DNA of 64,000 bases from an uncultured virus (IMG/VR IMGVR_UViG_3300010148_000009) (IMGVR_UViG_3300010148_000009), one strand, 5' to 3'; counted from the stretch's first letter, positions 10,412 to 20,121 are shown. The notes: generated by a model not told the origin, from the sequence alone. Translations and numbers: made by a program.

Positions 10412-11077
10412 TTACTCTCCAAATTTGTATCTGAAATACTCAATGTCCTTTGCGTATTTTTCCGCAACGATTTGTTTTGTTTCTTCATCGTAGTATTCGG
10501 TGTAGTGTTTGTGCCTTGATTTGTTTTTGTGCGGAAGTTCTTGTCGTGGGATTCCTATTTTGTCGCAGATTGTATCAAAGTCTTCTTGGAGGTTTTCGAA
10601 TTTTCCAATATAATCTGTGTTTATTTCAAAGTTATCGTTTTGTAGAAATCCAATTTGACCTCCTTGGATTTTATTTTTAGGCCCCCAATTTCGGGAGGGG
10701 AACCATCCAGAGTTTAAACACCAAGATTTAAAATCTAAGGTTAAAGCTGAACTGTCTGTTCGAAGATTTCTATCTGTGTTATATGCTATTTCTACATCTC
10801 TTAAATAAAAATAACGGGAAAGTCTGAGATCCCAAGGGTTTCTTGTAAAAGAAAATTGAAAATAATTATCGATGTTAATATTATTTTTTTTTAGAATTGA
10901 CGTTATAGTTTGTTCTTTATTACTGCCAGTATAATCTAAGCTCAATGGTTCGTGATCACCTAAATCTAAATCTCTAAATTCTTGATTTAAATGTGGCTCC
11001 AAATGATTAACAATAGAGGTTCCTGCGGTTTTAGGTATTTTTATAAAAATAAATTTATGTGAATGAGAGATAATCAT
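10412..11077 (-). CDS. Sulfotransferase family 2 protein
   Basis: IFIKIPKTAGTSI; FTRNPWDLRLS; IGKFENLQEDF; HYTEYY. Confidence 0.88.
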   Translation of the reverse strand: MIISHSHKFIFIKIPKTAGTSIVNHLEPHLNQEFRDLDLGDHEPLSLDYTGSNKEQTITSILKKNNINIDNYFQFSFTRNPWDLRLSRYFYLRDVEIAYNTDRNLRTDSSALTLDFKSWCLNSGWFPSRNWGPKNKIQGGQIGFLQNDNFEINTDYIGKFENLQEDFDTICDKIGIPRQELPHKNKSRHKHYTEYYDEETKQIVAEKYAKDIEYFRYKFGE

Positions 11078-13149
11078 AATAATTTTTTAAAATCTAATAC
11101 GAGGAAGTCGGTATACTCTTGATATACACTATTTTTATCAACATAATTTTCTGGAACTCTTTTTCTCCAGCTCCCGTTAATATAATTTTCTATACTTAAT
11201 TTTGTTTTAAATATTGCGTTGAAGAAGGAGTGGTCATCTATAGCCGAACTTCTTCTTAAGTTAGTGCTATGGATATGTATACATGAACAATACTTAATTA
11301 AGTTGAAAAGCTCTATTCCGCTAATATGATTATCGATTGTGAACCCAGCTTCACAATTAAATGTTCCAAGCGGAATGTCACATTCGAAAGTAGGAGAGTA
11401 ATCTAGTGAGAAAGCCCATGCATCTTGACTGGTTAAATCTATAAATTTTTTTTCAATAACTTTTTCGGAAGCATTTATTTCAAATTCTGTGGAAAATTTA
11501 TAATCAGGCCTAGAAACACCAGTTTCTACAGCTGGAATAATTATATTATCTTTAGTTAAATCTTTTCTAGTGAAACATAACATTCTTTTTCCATTAGCCA
11601 TATCCACTTTTTTTATTAAGGAGATGTCTTTTGTAAAAAAGCAATCGTTATTCGAGAGTAGATATATACTTTCTGGATTATTATGTATTTTGGCGTAAGT
11701 TATAGCCTGACTATAAGTAAGACGTTTTTCATCAATTACGAAGTTTACTTTATCGCAATTGTAAAACAATGTTTTATATTTTTGCAATTTTTGATCATTA
11801 GAAGTTTCAACTAGTAATATAATTTCACTAATTTCAGGGTTATTTATATTATATTGTATGGATCTTACTATTTCATTTAATCTATTTTTGTTTTCTTCTG
11901 GGTAGAGTTGGGTTATTAGTGTTATGTATTTAAACTTGTCATCGTAGTCTTTAGAGTTAAATGGTTTGCAATTTAAATCGGTGTGAAAATTTTTTTTAAC
12001 GCTTTGATTTGGGCGAGTTTTAGACTTGCCACTTAGGAAGTTAAGCATTAAATCTTCTTTGTATTCATAAGGTTTAACATAGAGGTATTCAGAAAAGTTT
12101 CTTACAAAAAAGTCTGAATAAGAGTGTTCTCTCTCTGGGTTGTCGATCCAATTTTTTTGAGAAATTAATCTATAATTTCCATTTATTGTGTTTTCTTTAG
12201 TTCGAATAATACCTCTTGATGGGTCTGGCACTATGCCAGGAATATATTCTTCTATCTTTTTTGATATATTCTTTTTTTCTCTATAAAGAGATTTGTGTTG
12301 ATGTATGCATTTTATGTATCCAGCTAATCCTATATTTTTACAATCTATTCCTAGTTCTAGTAAGTCATTAACTAATAAAACTTCACACATTGCTGTGCCT
12401 AGTTCATTATTAAATTTATTAAATTTATTAAAACTATTAGGTAGTAAATTTTTAAAAGACTTTAATAATTTATTTTCGGTATTTTCAGGAAAACTATTTT
12501 TTATCCAATCTATAGTATTGAGTTTGAAGGCCCAAGCGTCTGAGCTCCAAGGTTCTAGGTATGGAAGCTTTTTATAATCTTTAATAGAAAGGGTTTTACC
12601 TCCATTGTATTCTGAATCTTTCCATCTTTCTACAAATGGATTCCTTCCAATATCTAGAGATCCAGAAAAGTCTTCGTACCTAGTCATTGTTAAAAAGAGG
12701 GGTTTTACCCTATCTTCAAAGTTTATATATTTTAATGTGGGGAGGTTTTCATTAAAATAGCAATCAGAATTAGATAATAAAAATATGTTAGAGTTATCTT
12801 TATTGTAGGCTGGGTTTGAAGAAATGTAATTGAAGACATGAGAAAACGTTATTCTCTTTGAGGATTTTATTAATTTAACTTTTTCAGTTAAATTTATTTT
12901 ACTTTTAATTTTATGTTTTGATATTTTTTCAGTAAAAAGGATAACTTCGTCAATTGATGGGTCATTTATATTCCTATTTATAGAATCTATAATTTCTAAA
13001 TCTCTGGATTTATTTCTAGATTTATGATACTGAGTAATAAATATAATTTTTTTATTATTTGGATGTATGTTATAATTGTTTAAATCAAAAGGTAATGCGG
13101 ATTCAACTGATGTTGAAACTAACCTAGAGATAGAATCAAAAACACTCAT
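11074..13149 (-). CDS. Protein with two tandem homologous glycosyltransferase-like domains
   Basis: Both halves show ITQ..R..EI..SI..NIN.P.I.E; LSNxDCxF; TR; SxDAWAF; LGTxxCE; CIHxHxS/T. Confidence 0.6.
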   Translation of the reverse strand: MSVFDSISRLVSTSVESALPFDLNNYNIHPNNKKIIFITQYHKSRNKSRDLEIIDSINRNINDPSIDEVILFTEKISKHKIKSKINLTEKVKLIKSSKRITFSHVFNYISSNPAYNKDNSNIFLLSNSDCYFNENLPTLKYINFEDRVKPLFLTMTRYEDFSGSLDIGRNPFVERWKDSEYNGGKTLSIKDYKKLPYLEPWSSDAWAFKLNTIDWIKNSFPENTENKLLKSFKNLLPNSFNKFNKFNNELGTAMCEVLLVNDLLELGIDCKNIGLAGYIKCIHQHKSLYREKKNISKKIEEYIPGIVPDPSRGIIRTKENTINGNYRLISQKNWIDNPEREHSYSDFFVRNFSEYLYVKPYEYKEDLMLNFLSGKSKTRPNQSVKKNFHTDLNCKPFNSKDYDDKFKYITLITQLYPEENKNRLNEIVRSIQYNINNPEISEIILLVETSNDQKLQKYKTLFYNCDKVNFVIDEKRLTYSQAITYAKIHNNPESIYLLSNNDCFFTKDISLIKKVDMANGKRMLCFTRKDLTKDNIIIPAVETGVSRPDYKFSTEFEINASEKVIEKKFIDLTSQDAWAFSLDYSPTFECDIPLGTFNCEAGFTIDNHISGIELFNLIKYCSCIHIHSTNLRRSSAIDDHSFFNAIFKTKLSIENYINGSWRKRVPENYVDKNSVYQEYTDFLVLDFKKLL

Positions 13150-13154
13150 TTATT

Positions 13155-15602
13155 TTATTGACAACTTTCGCAGGATTCTCCATTTTTCATCGCTTCAATA
13201 CTGCAAGCACTTGGCTCTTTGTTTTCAGATGATGTAGACTTCTCTACTTTACTGGCAGCCCTATTCCTTAGGTAATACGTAGTTTTGAGACCAGCTTCCC
13301 AACAAGCCATATAGATATCATTTAGGTATTTTAGGGATGTGCTTTTATTGTATAAATTAAAGCTAATTGCTTGATCTACCCATTTTTGGCGAGCAGCAGT
13401 AGATTCAATTAATTTAAACATATCTCTATCAAAAGCAGTCTTGTACTTTTCTTTTAGATCGTCTGGAATATTTCCATTAGCTAAAGATAAGTCTCCATCA
13501 ATGCTTTTTACAAAAGATGCAATTTCAGCGTTCCAGAGCCCTCTATCTTTCATGTCTTTAACGAAATGAGGGTTAGTTATGTAGAAGTTTCCACTTTTGT
13601 TTTCATAGACGAAAAGTACTGAGAAGTTAGGTTCTATGCTTTGTTCTACACCATTAATATATCCGATTGTGGCGGTTGGAGCTATAGCCATAACATTGGA
13701 GTTTCTCATTCCGTGCTCACCAACATGTGTTCTTACCTTAACCCAATCCTTAAGGGTTTGACCTTTACCAGTTAATGGTTTACCTGTAACTGATTCTTCG
13801 GGAACTTCTTGTTTGCCTTTGTAGACCATTAAGTTGTTATAAGAATCAATTGGGAAAACTCCTTGACTCCAAAGTGAACCTTTGTAAGTTTCATAAGAAC
13901 CTCTCTCCGCAGCTAATTTAGAGCTTGCGTGGATTGCGTTCATTGAATAAAACTCAAAAAGTTTATCATTGAACTTCACAGCTTCATCACTATCAATATT
14001 TATATTTTTAATATGAAGGATGTCGTGAATACCCATCATGCCTAAACCAATGGGTCTATTTTTTAAGTTAGAGTTTTCAGCCTCTTTGGTTGGGTAAAAG
14101 TTGATGTCAATAACATTGTCAAGCATTCTTATTGCTGTGTGTATGCTTGACTCTAGTAGGTTGTAGTCTAGATCTCCATCATCTATATGATTAACTAAAT
14201 TAATCGAACCAAGGTTGCAAACAGCAGTTTCTCCAATTTCTGTTTTTTCTCCACTTTGGTATTTAGAGGCTTTTGTGTGAAGGGTAATTTCGGTACAAAG
14301 ATTGGAGCTATGGACAACACCTTCGTGCTGATTTGTATAACGAATATTGCAAGGATCTTTGAAAGTATTCCAAGGGTGAGAAGTCTCGAATAAAACTTTC
14401 AACATCTTTTTCCAAAGTTCTTTGGCTGGCATTTTACGCCAGTTATCTATATGACCATTTTCAGCAAGATCAATTAGCGAATTATAAGCGTAGTCAAATT
14501 CTTTACCAAAAAGATCATGCAACTCTGCATCTTTGGGGTCAAAGAAATACCAGTCTTGCTCGTTTTGTACTCGACGCATAAATTCGTCGGGTATCCAAGA
14601 TGCAGTGTTCATGTCATGGCAGCGAAGCCTGTCGTCACCAGTATTTTTTCTAAGGTTTAGAAATTCTTCGTAATCTAAGTGCCAAGGTTCTAGATATGCG
14701 CAGCCAGCACCTGGGCGTTTGCCACCTTGATTAACAGCTATAAGAAGATCATTGTAAATTTTTAACCAAGGAATTAAACCGCTTGAAATTCCATTTGTTC
14801 CTACAATGTGAGAACCTGTTGATCTAAATGGCGTAACGTCTAGCCCTAAACCTCCAGCAAATTTAGATTTTCTAGCTTCTTGCCAAGCACCATCAAATAT
14901 ACCATCAATACTATCGTCGAAGGTGTTAAGATAGCAAGAGCTAAGTTGTGAGTGGGTCGTACCACTGTTAAACATAGTTGGTGTGGATGGCGTATAAAGC
15001 ATATTGCTAATCAAATTATAAAATTCAATAGCTTTTTTATCTTTATCTTTTTCGTTAATTGCTAGGCCCATAGCAACTCTCATCCAGAAGCACTGGGGAG
15101 CTTCCATACATTTATCGTCAATTCTAAGAAAGTATCTGTCAGTAAGAATTTGCATACCTAAATATTTAAATTTTAAATCCCTACGGATCTTAATGGCTTC
15201 TGATAGTTTAACCAAATCGAAATCTAAAAGCCTTTTGTCTAGCCTGTCAGCTTTAACTAGCTTTTTTATGTTTTGTATAAATGATTTCCTGTATTGAAGT
15301 TTAAAAGTATCTGAATCAACGCCCTCTTTGAAAACTTCTTTATAAAGACAGTTTAATAAGATTCTTGCGGCTACTAGTGAGTAGTTTGGCTCTTTTTCAA
15401 TCTTCTCTCTAGAAGATAGGATCAATGCTTTATCTATATCTGACGTTAAGATTTTATCGTAAAGTTGAAGTTGAGCGTCAAGAACGACTTCGCTTGCTGA
15501 AACATTTTCTATGTCATCACATGCTCTTTGGACGCTGGCGTTAATCTTATCTACTACAAAATCTTGCAATCTTCCGTTTCTTTTCTTTACTTTTATGTCC
15601 AT
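13155..15602 (-). CDS. nrdA: Class Ia ribonucleotide reductase alpha subunit with N-terminal ATP cone
   Basis: VKKRNG ATP cone; PSTPTMFN; LSSC; SSNLCTEI; AIAPTA; LKTTYY; C-terminal CESC. Confidence 0.95.
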   Translation of the reverse strand: MDIKVKKRNGRLQDFVVDKINASVQRACDDIENVSASEVVLDAQLQLYDKILTSDIDKALILSSREKIEKEPNYSLVAARILLNCLYKEVFKEGVDSDTFKLQYRKSFIQNIKKLVKADRLDKRLLDFDLVKLSEAIKIRRDLKFKYLGMQILTDRYFLRIDDKCMEAPQCFWMRVAMGLAINEKDKDKKAIEFYNLISNMLYTPSTPTMFNSGTTHSQLSSCYLNTFDDSIDGIFDGAWQEARKSKFAGGLGLDVTPFRSTGSHIVGTNGISSGLIPWLKIYNDLLIAVNQGGKRPGAGCAYLEPWHLDYEEFLNLRKNTGDDRLRCHDMNTASWIPDEFMRRVQNEQDWYFFDPKDAELHDLFGKEFDYAYNSLIDLAENGHIDNWRKMPAKELWKKMLKVLFETSHPWNTFKDPCNIRYTNQHEGVVHSSNLCTEITLHTKASKYQSGEKTEIGETAVCNLGSINLVNHIDDGDLDYNLLESSIHTAIRMLDNVIDINFYPTKEAENSNLKNRPIGLGMMGIHDILHIKNINIDSDEAVKFNDKLFEFYSMNAIHASSKLAAERGSYETYKGSLWSQGVFPIDSYNNLMVYKGKQEVPEESVTGKPLTGKGQTLKDWVKVRTHVGEHGMRNSNVMAIAPTATIGYINGVEQSIEPNFSVLFVYENKSGNFYITNPHFVKDMKDRGLWNAEIASFVKSIDGDLSLANGNIPDDLKEKYKTAFDRDMFKLIESTAARQKWVDQAISFNLYNKSTSLKYLNDIYMACWEAGLKTTYYLRNRAASKVEKSTSSENKEPSACSIEAMKNGESCESCQ

Positions 15603-15647
15603 TGTTTTGTAAACCTTATTTTACACTTTTGTTTTAAAATTTCCAAT

Positions 15648-15676
15648 AGTATATCAAAAAAATATTCACATTGCAA
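15648..15676 (-). promoter_or_regulatory. sigma70-type promoter upstream of nrdA
   Basis: TTGCAA-17-TATACT on the minus strand. Confidence 0.6.
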
Positions 15677-15833
15677 GGAAAAAATCTCGCGCGCGCGCGT
15701 ATTATAGAGAATATATATAATATAATATATATCAATAGTGATATATAAGATATTAAAAAGTTCTCAATAATGATATTTAAAATCAAAATATATATAAACC
15801 AAAATTGAAATTTTGAATAAGTAAATTTTTTGT

Positions 15834-15862
15834 TTGACAAATCTAAATCTATATGTTATGAT
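15834..15862 (+). promoter_or_regulatory. sigma70-type promoter, leaderless (ATG 15869 at about +1)
   Basis: TTGACA-17-TATGAT-6-ATG, with extended -10 TG. Confidence 0.8.
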
Positions 15863-15868
15863 ATGTGA

Positions 15869-16168
15869 ATGCTTAGATTAAAAAAAGATGATTTAACAAA
15901 TTCATATTTCATATCTTCTGCTAATTGGGAGGTCACTGTGGTGTCAACGTCATTCGATAAGGCTGTATCCCTAGCTATGGAGAAAATGTTCAAAGAATAC
16001 GGAAAAACGCTTTCTCTATCACCAGCAATCATTGTTGTTGATATGACTAATTTTTGTATAAATTTCTCGGACGAACACACTAAAGTTTATTCAACATCTA
16101 TGGTTCTATCTGATATAGGTATGCACGACTTAGCTAAAAAATTTAGAAAAATAGTCCCAAATTCATAA
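15869..16168 (+). CDS. Hypothetical protein
   Basis: 99-aa ORF at the promoter +1, coupled to the next gene. Confidence 0.75.
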   Translation: MLRLKKDDLTNSYFISSANWEVTVVSTSFDKAVSLAMEKMFKEYGKTLSLSPAIIVVDMTNFCINFSDEHTKVYSTSMVLSDIGMHDLAKKFRKIVPNS

Positions 16169-16722
16169 TGGTAATAGGAGTATCAGGAGTAGCTAGATCA
16201 GGTAAAGACACGTTTTATCTTTTATTAAAGCAAAGGCTTCAACCCTTAGGTTTTGTTTGTGCAAGAACCGCTTTTGCGGACAAGTTAAAATCAGATCTTA
16301 AACCATTGATACTTAAGGAGTTTTCTATCGATATAGATAATTGTACGGATAGTGAAAAAGAAATCATCAGACCGTTTATGGTTTCCTATGGAACTTTAGC
16401 TAGGTCACTAAATCAAGACCATTGGGTAAATAAGGTTAAGAATAAAATATTTAAAGAGCAACTAAAACCCAAAACGATTTCAGTTATAACGGATGTGAGG
16501 TATCCGAATGAACAATCCTTTATAAAAACCAACTTTAAGAAATTCTGTAACGTTCACATCGAAAGGTTTGGTAGGGGTCCAGCAAACGAAGAAGAAAAAA
16601 AATACGATCCCGACTTGAAAAAACAATCCAATTACTTAATATATTGGAAAGACTTCGATGATTCCATCGAAGAAGGTGAACCAATTATAGATGGATTTAT
16701 AAATGAAAAAATTAGAATGTAA
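16168..16722 (+). CDS. Deoxynucleoside monophosphate kinase-like P-loop protein
   Basis: IGVSGVARSGKDT; FADKLK; VITDVRYPNE. Confidence 0.8.
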   Translation: MVIGVSGVARSGKDTFYLLLKQRLQPLGFVCARTAFADKLKSDLKPLILKEFSIDIDNCTDSEKEIIRPFMVSYGTLARSLNQDHWVNKVKNKIFKEQLKPKTISVITDVRYPNEQSFIKTNFKKFCNVHIERFGRGPANEEEKKYDPDLKKQSNYLIYWKDFDDSIEEGEPIIDGFINEKIRM

Positions 16723-17311
16723 AAATGAATTAAAAATAGATTATTGTGACCCAAGATCTGATAATGAAATTATAAAAGAAATACAATCTGGAATCAACAA
16801 AGATGATAACTACAAAACTATATCTGACAGACACACAGGGCTTTTTTACAAAATGGCTGACAGGTGGATTTCTAAAAAATTTAAAGAAAAAAGGCTTGAC
16901 TTTTTCAAAGATAAAGATTATTATATATTCTTGATTATTTTGGATTACAAATTTAATAAGAATACTAAATTTAGTACATATCTAGGAAATAGAATAAAAT
17001 GGGAATGCATGAATAGTTACAACAAAGATTTAAATTGCTGTGAAATTAACTGTCCCGATGAATTAATGTACAACTGCCCAGATAAGAAACATTATGTAGA
17101 TGTAAATGCAGTTTGTGAAGCTATGGAAATGATTAAAAAAGATAAAGATAAAAGAATTTATAAAATTTTCAAATTAAGATATCTCGTAGGTAAGGGAAAT
17201 AAACTAATGCCCTGGAATGACGTGTGTATCGATAAAGATATAAATTTAAGCGTCCAAGGATGCATAAACGTACACGACAATTATATAAACAAAATTAAGA
17301 AAGGAAAATAA
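16703..17311 (+). CDS. Phage sigma70-family-like factor
   Basis: Region-2-like KFSTYLGNRIKWE; C-terminal region-4-like RIYKIFKLRY..PW...LSVQGCINVH. Confidence 0.65.
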   Translation: MKKLECKNELKIDYCDPRSDNEIIKEIQSGINKDDNYKTISDRHTGLFYKMADRWISKKFKEKRLDFFKDKDYYIFLIILDYKFNKNTKFSTYLGNRIKWECMNSYNKDLNCCEINCPDELMYNCPDKKHYVDVNAVCEAMEMIKKDKDKRIYKIFKLRYLVGKGNKLMPWNDVCIDKDINLSVQGCINVHDNYINKIKKGK

Positions 17312-17312
17312 T

Positions 17313-17810
17313 ATGGCTTTTTATTTAAATCAATATCAAGTAATGGGAAACCTAGTTGCTGATCCAGAAATTAAAGATGCTGGAAAAAGTAAGGTTTGCA
17401 AATTTAGAATCGCAGTTAACAACCCACATAATGAAACAGCTCTATTCTTCTATGTGGATGTTTGGGGTAAAGAGGGTGAAAAATGTATGCTCTTAAAGAA
17501 AGGTTCCCAAGTGTTTATAACAAACGCTAGTGTTATACCAAAACAATACAAAAAAACCATGAGTAATGGTGAAGAAATTTCTTGTAACAGCGTAACTATT
17601 AACGTTGATGGATATTGCGGTAAGGTTCAATTTGGACCAAAAGTAGATCAGCAAGTCGAGGACTCACCAAAACCCAAAAGGGGTAGACCTAAAAAACAAA
17701 AAAAGAGTGAAGAGCTTGTTGATGAACCCGCCAGTAGTTCCAGTGATGAAGTTAAAGAAGTTGGTGAATCAGATTCTTTTTCGGAGTTTGATCCAGATTT
17801 TGAGTTTTAA
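17313..17810 (+). CDS. ssb: Single-stranded DNA-binding protein
   Basis: GNLVADPE; FRIAVN; VDVWGK; LKKGSQV; acidic tail ending DFEF. Confidence 0.85.
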   Translation: MAFYLNQYQVMGNLVADPEIKDAGKSKVCKFRIAVNNPHNETALFFYVDVWGKEGEKCMLLKKGSQVFITNASVIPKQYKKTMSNGEEISCNSVTINVDGYCGKVQFGPKVDQQVEDSPKPKRGRPKKQKKSEELVDEPASSSSDEVKEVGESDSFSEFDPDFEF

Positions 17811-19138
17811 TGCCTTCTTGTGTTATCACTAGTGTTGCCCCAAATTTTATTTTCTCTTTTTTTGTTATTCGTGGGATTCTCTTCTTCCTTAGTTTCTTTA
17901 ACTTGAAATACCTCTAGGGTATTTTCTTGTTCTTCTGATTCTTCTACGATCTCCTCATAATCATCAACATCATCTCGATCTAAATCAGGGTCAATAAAGT
18001 TAATATTTTCTTTTTGATTAACTTTTTTACTAGACTCAACTTTTTCTTTTAATTTTTTATAAGTTTTATTTATTTTTTGCTTACTAGAATAATAAGTAGT
18101 TTGAGCAGCAACTATAAGTAGTATTGCCAAAGGATCAAACACCACCATTATAATTAATATTATAAGCCTTACAGCTTGATCCGAATTTATTTCCCTACCC
18201 CCAAAGTCTTGTATTAACCCAACCACATATTTTAGAGGTCCAATCTCTGCTTCTAAATTTCTAATTTTTTCTCCATACTTGGATTTTTCTATTTCCATCT
18301 CCTGTATAGACTCCATAGATTCTTTAATTTTAGAATTGTATTCTTCTATTTTTTCTTGAGATTTTTCAAACTTATCAGAATCACTCCTTCTAAAACCCTC
18401 TATAAATTCATTTATTTTTGAGTATTCTTCATTATAACTTTTTCTAAAATTTTCTATATTAGAATTATATTCAGATGTTTTATTTTTTATATATTCCCTC
18501 TCTTCTGACTGCTTAGAAGTAAGTTCCTCTATTTTTTTCTTTTTGCTGGAAAATAAACCCCCAGAACTTTTTTCTAAAACTGAAAGTTCCTCATCTAGTA
18601 CGACTTTTCTTTTTGATAAATCCTCTATCCTTGCAGTTTCTATCGCTATGTCATCTTTTAATTTAGAAGCTATAGCGTCCAGCCTTTTTTGTTCTCTATC
18701 TATCTCTTTGCTTGATTTTTCATCCGTATCATCAGAATTATCCTCTAGTGAATCTATGTAGGATTCATATTGTGTTATAAAGTTTTTTTCTTTATTTATT
18801 CTTGACTCTAAATTTTCAATTTGTGTAATTTCAACTACTGCAGCGTTTTGATGTTCAACGTGAGCTTTACTTAAAAAACCAAATATTCCAAGGCTTGTTA
18901 TACCCATCAAAACCAAAACGGCAAAGCAAAAATAAAACTTCAAGCTCCATTTAGCTATACTCCAATTTCTATGCAACCACAATACTGTTACTATTTTTGC
19001 AACCTCAAGAGCGCAACCCATAACAACCACAGAAACCTGAGATCCTGGGAATATGGTGGACAAACCAATTATACTAAAATAAGCGCCAATTACTGATATA
19101 ATTAAAGCTGAAGATAAAGTTAATATAAACGAAAACAT
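17807..19138 (-). CDS. Membrane-anchored coiled-coil protein
   Basis: Three N-terminal hydrophobic helices, long coiled coil, C-terminal TM segment with VFDPLAI. Confidence 0.7.
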   Translation of the reverse strand: MFSFILTLSSALIISVIGAYFSIIGLSTIFPGSQVSVVVMGCALEVAKIVTVLWLHRNWSIAKWSLKFYFCFAVLVLMGITSLGIFGFLSKAHVEHQNAAVVEITQIENLESRINKEKNFITQYESYIDSLEDNSDDTDEKSSKEIDREQKRLDAIASKLKDDIAIETARIEDLSKRKVVLDEELSVLEKSSGGLFSSKKKKIEELTSKQSEEREYIKNKTSEYNSNIENFRKSYNEEYSKINEFIEGFRRSDSDKFEKSQEKIEEYNSKIKESMESIQEMEIEKSKYGEKIRNLEAEIGPLKYVVGLIQDFGGREINSDQAVRLIILIIMVVFDPLAILLIVAAQTTYYSSKQKINKTYKKLKEKVESSKKVNQKENINFIDPDLDRDDVDDYEEIVEESEEQENTLEVFQVKETKEEENPTNNKKRENKIWGNTSDNTRRH

Positions 19139-19199
19139 AATAATGTATACACTTTTTTGTTGATTTTTATGAAAAATCCTTTATCATAATAGTAAATAC

Positions 19200-19589
19200 A
19201 TGCCAACTTATATCTATAAACACCCAGAAAAAGAAGAGTATATCGAAGTAATTCAATCTATGAATGAAGACCATGTATATTTTGATGAAAATGGATTAGA
19301 ATGGAAAAGAGAATGGACTAATCCACAATTAAACTGTGAATCAAACATAGATCCATTTAGTAATACTGATTTTATAGAAAAAACAGGAAAAATGAAAGGA
19401 ACTGTTGGTGATGTTCAAAACTACTCAAAAGAATTGTCTGAAAAAAGAGCTGCTATGAATGGCGGCGTTGATCCAGTAAAGCAACAGTATTATAAAAATT
19501 ATTCAAAAGAAAGAAAAGGTGCAAAGCATCCAAACGAATTAAAAGAAAGAACATTCGAAAACAAAAACTTTAAAATAACATACGATTAA
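19200..19589 (+). CDS. Hypothetical protein (FmdB-like N-terminus MPTYIY)
   Basis: 129-aa ORF. Confidence 0.7.
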   Translation: MPTYIYKHPEKEEYIEVIQSMNEDHVYFDENGLEWKREWTNPQLNCESNIDPFSNTDFIEKTGKMKGTVGDVQNYSKELSEKRAAMNGGVDPVKQQYYKNYSKERKGAKHPNELKERTFENKNFKITYD

Positions 19590-19590
19590 C

Positions 19591-20121
19591 ATGATCTCAA
19601 TATATAAACCTAATTCCAAAAATGCTGGATGTGCTTTCAGCTTTAAATATGGCGTCCAAAAAAATGGAGAACCCTGCCTATTCGTTAACTCAATTAAGCA
19701 ATATAGTTGGGACGACAAAAGTAAAACTGGAAGTTTTTCTGGCAACTCCGATGATCCATCTAAAAATCTTGCAATTAAATTTAATGAGTTTGAATGCGGG
19801 TCAATAATCAGTGCTTTAAAAAATAGGTATGAATACAATACATTTCATACATATGAAGATAATAAAACCACAATTAAGTTTTCACCCTGGGATAAGCAAG
19901 TTAAAACATCTTCATTAAACCCGCAAACTAAAAAGTTTGAAGAAAAAAAACAAGCAGTTCCAGCTTTTGGGATATCAATCACAAGAAACGGATCTGATAC
20001 CTTTAAAATACCATTAGAGCCAGGAGAGGTTGAGGTTGTATATGAATTTATTAAATCTATAATTAATAAAACAATTAACTTCAGAATTAAAAAGCAGATA
20101 GAAAACGTAAAAAACTCTTGA
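19591..20121 (+). CDS. Hypothetical protein (beta-rich; possibly nucleic-acid binding)
   Basis: 176-aa ORF, 1 nt after the previous stop. Confidence 0.7.
   Translation: MISIYKPNSKNAGCAFSFKYGVQKNGEPCLFVNSIKQYSWDDKSKTGSFSGNSDDPSKNLAIKFNEFECGSIISALKNRYEYNTFHTYEDNKTTIKFSPWDKQVKTSSLNPQTKKFEEKKQAVPAFGISITRNGSDTFKIPLEPGEVEVVYEFIKSIINKTINFRIKKQIENVKNS

Noticed and set aside
13155..15602. Intein or intron in nrdA (also considered for terL)
   Set aside because: Lengths are normal, motifs are continuous, and no splicing or homing-endonuclease motifs were seen.
15634..15840. 68-aa hydrophobic ORF
   Set aside because: An artefact of the AT-rich/(CG)6 intergenic tract; it overlaps promoters.
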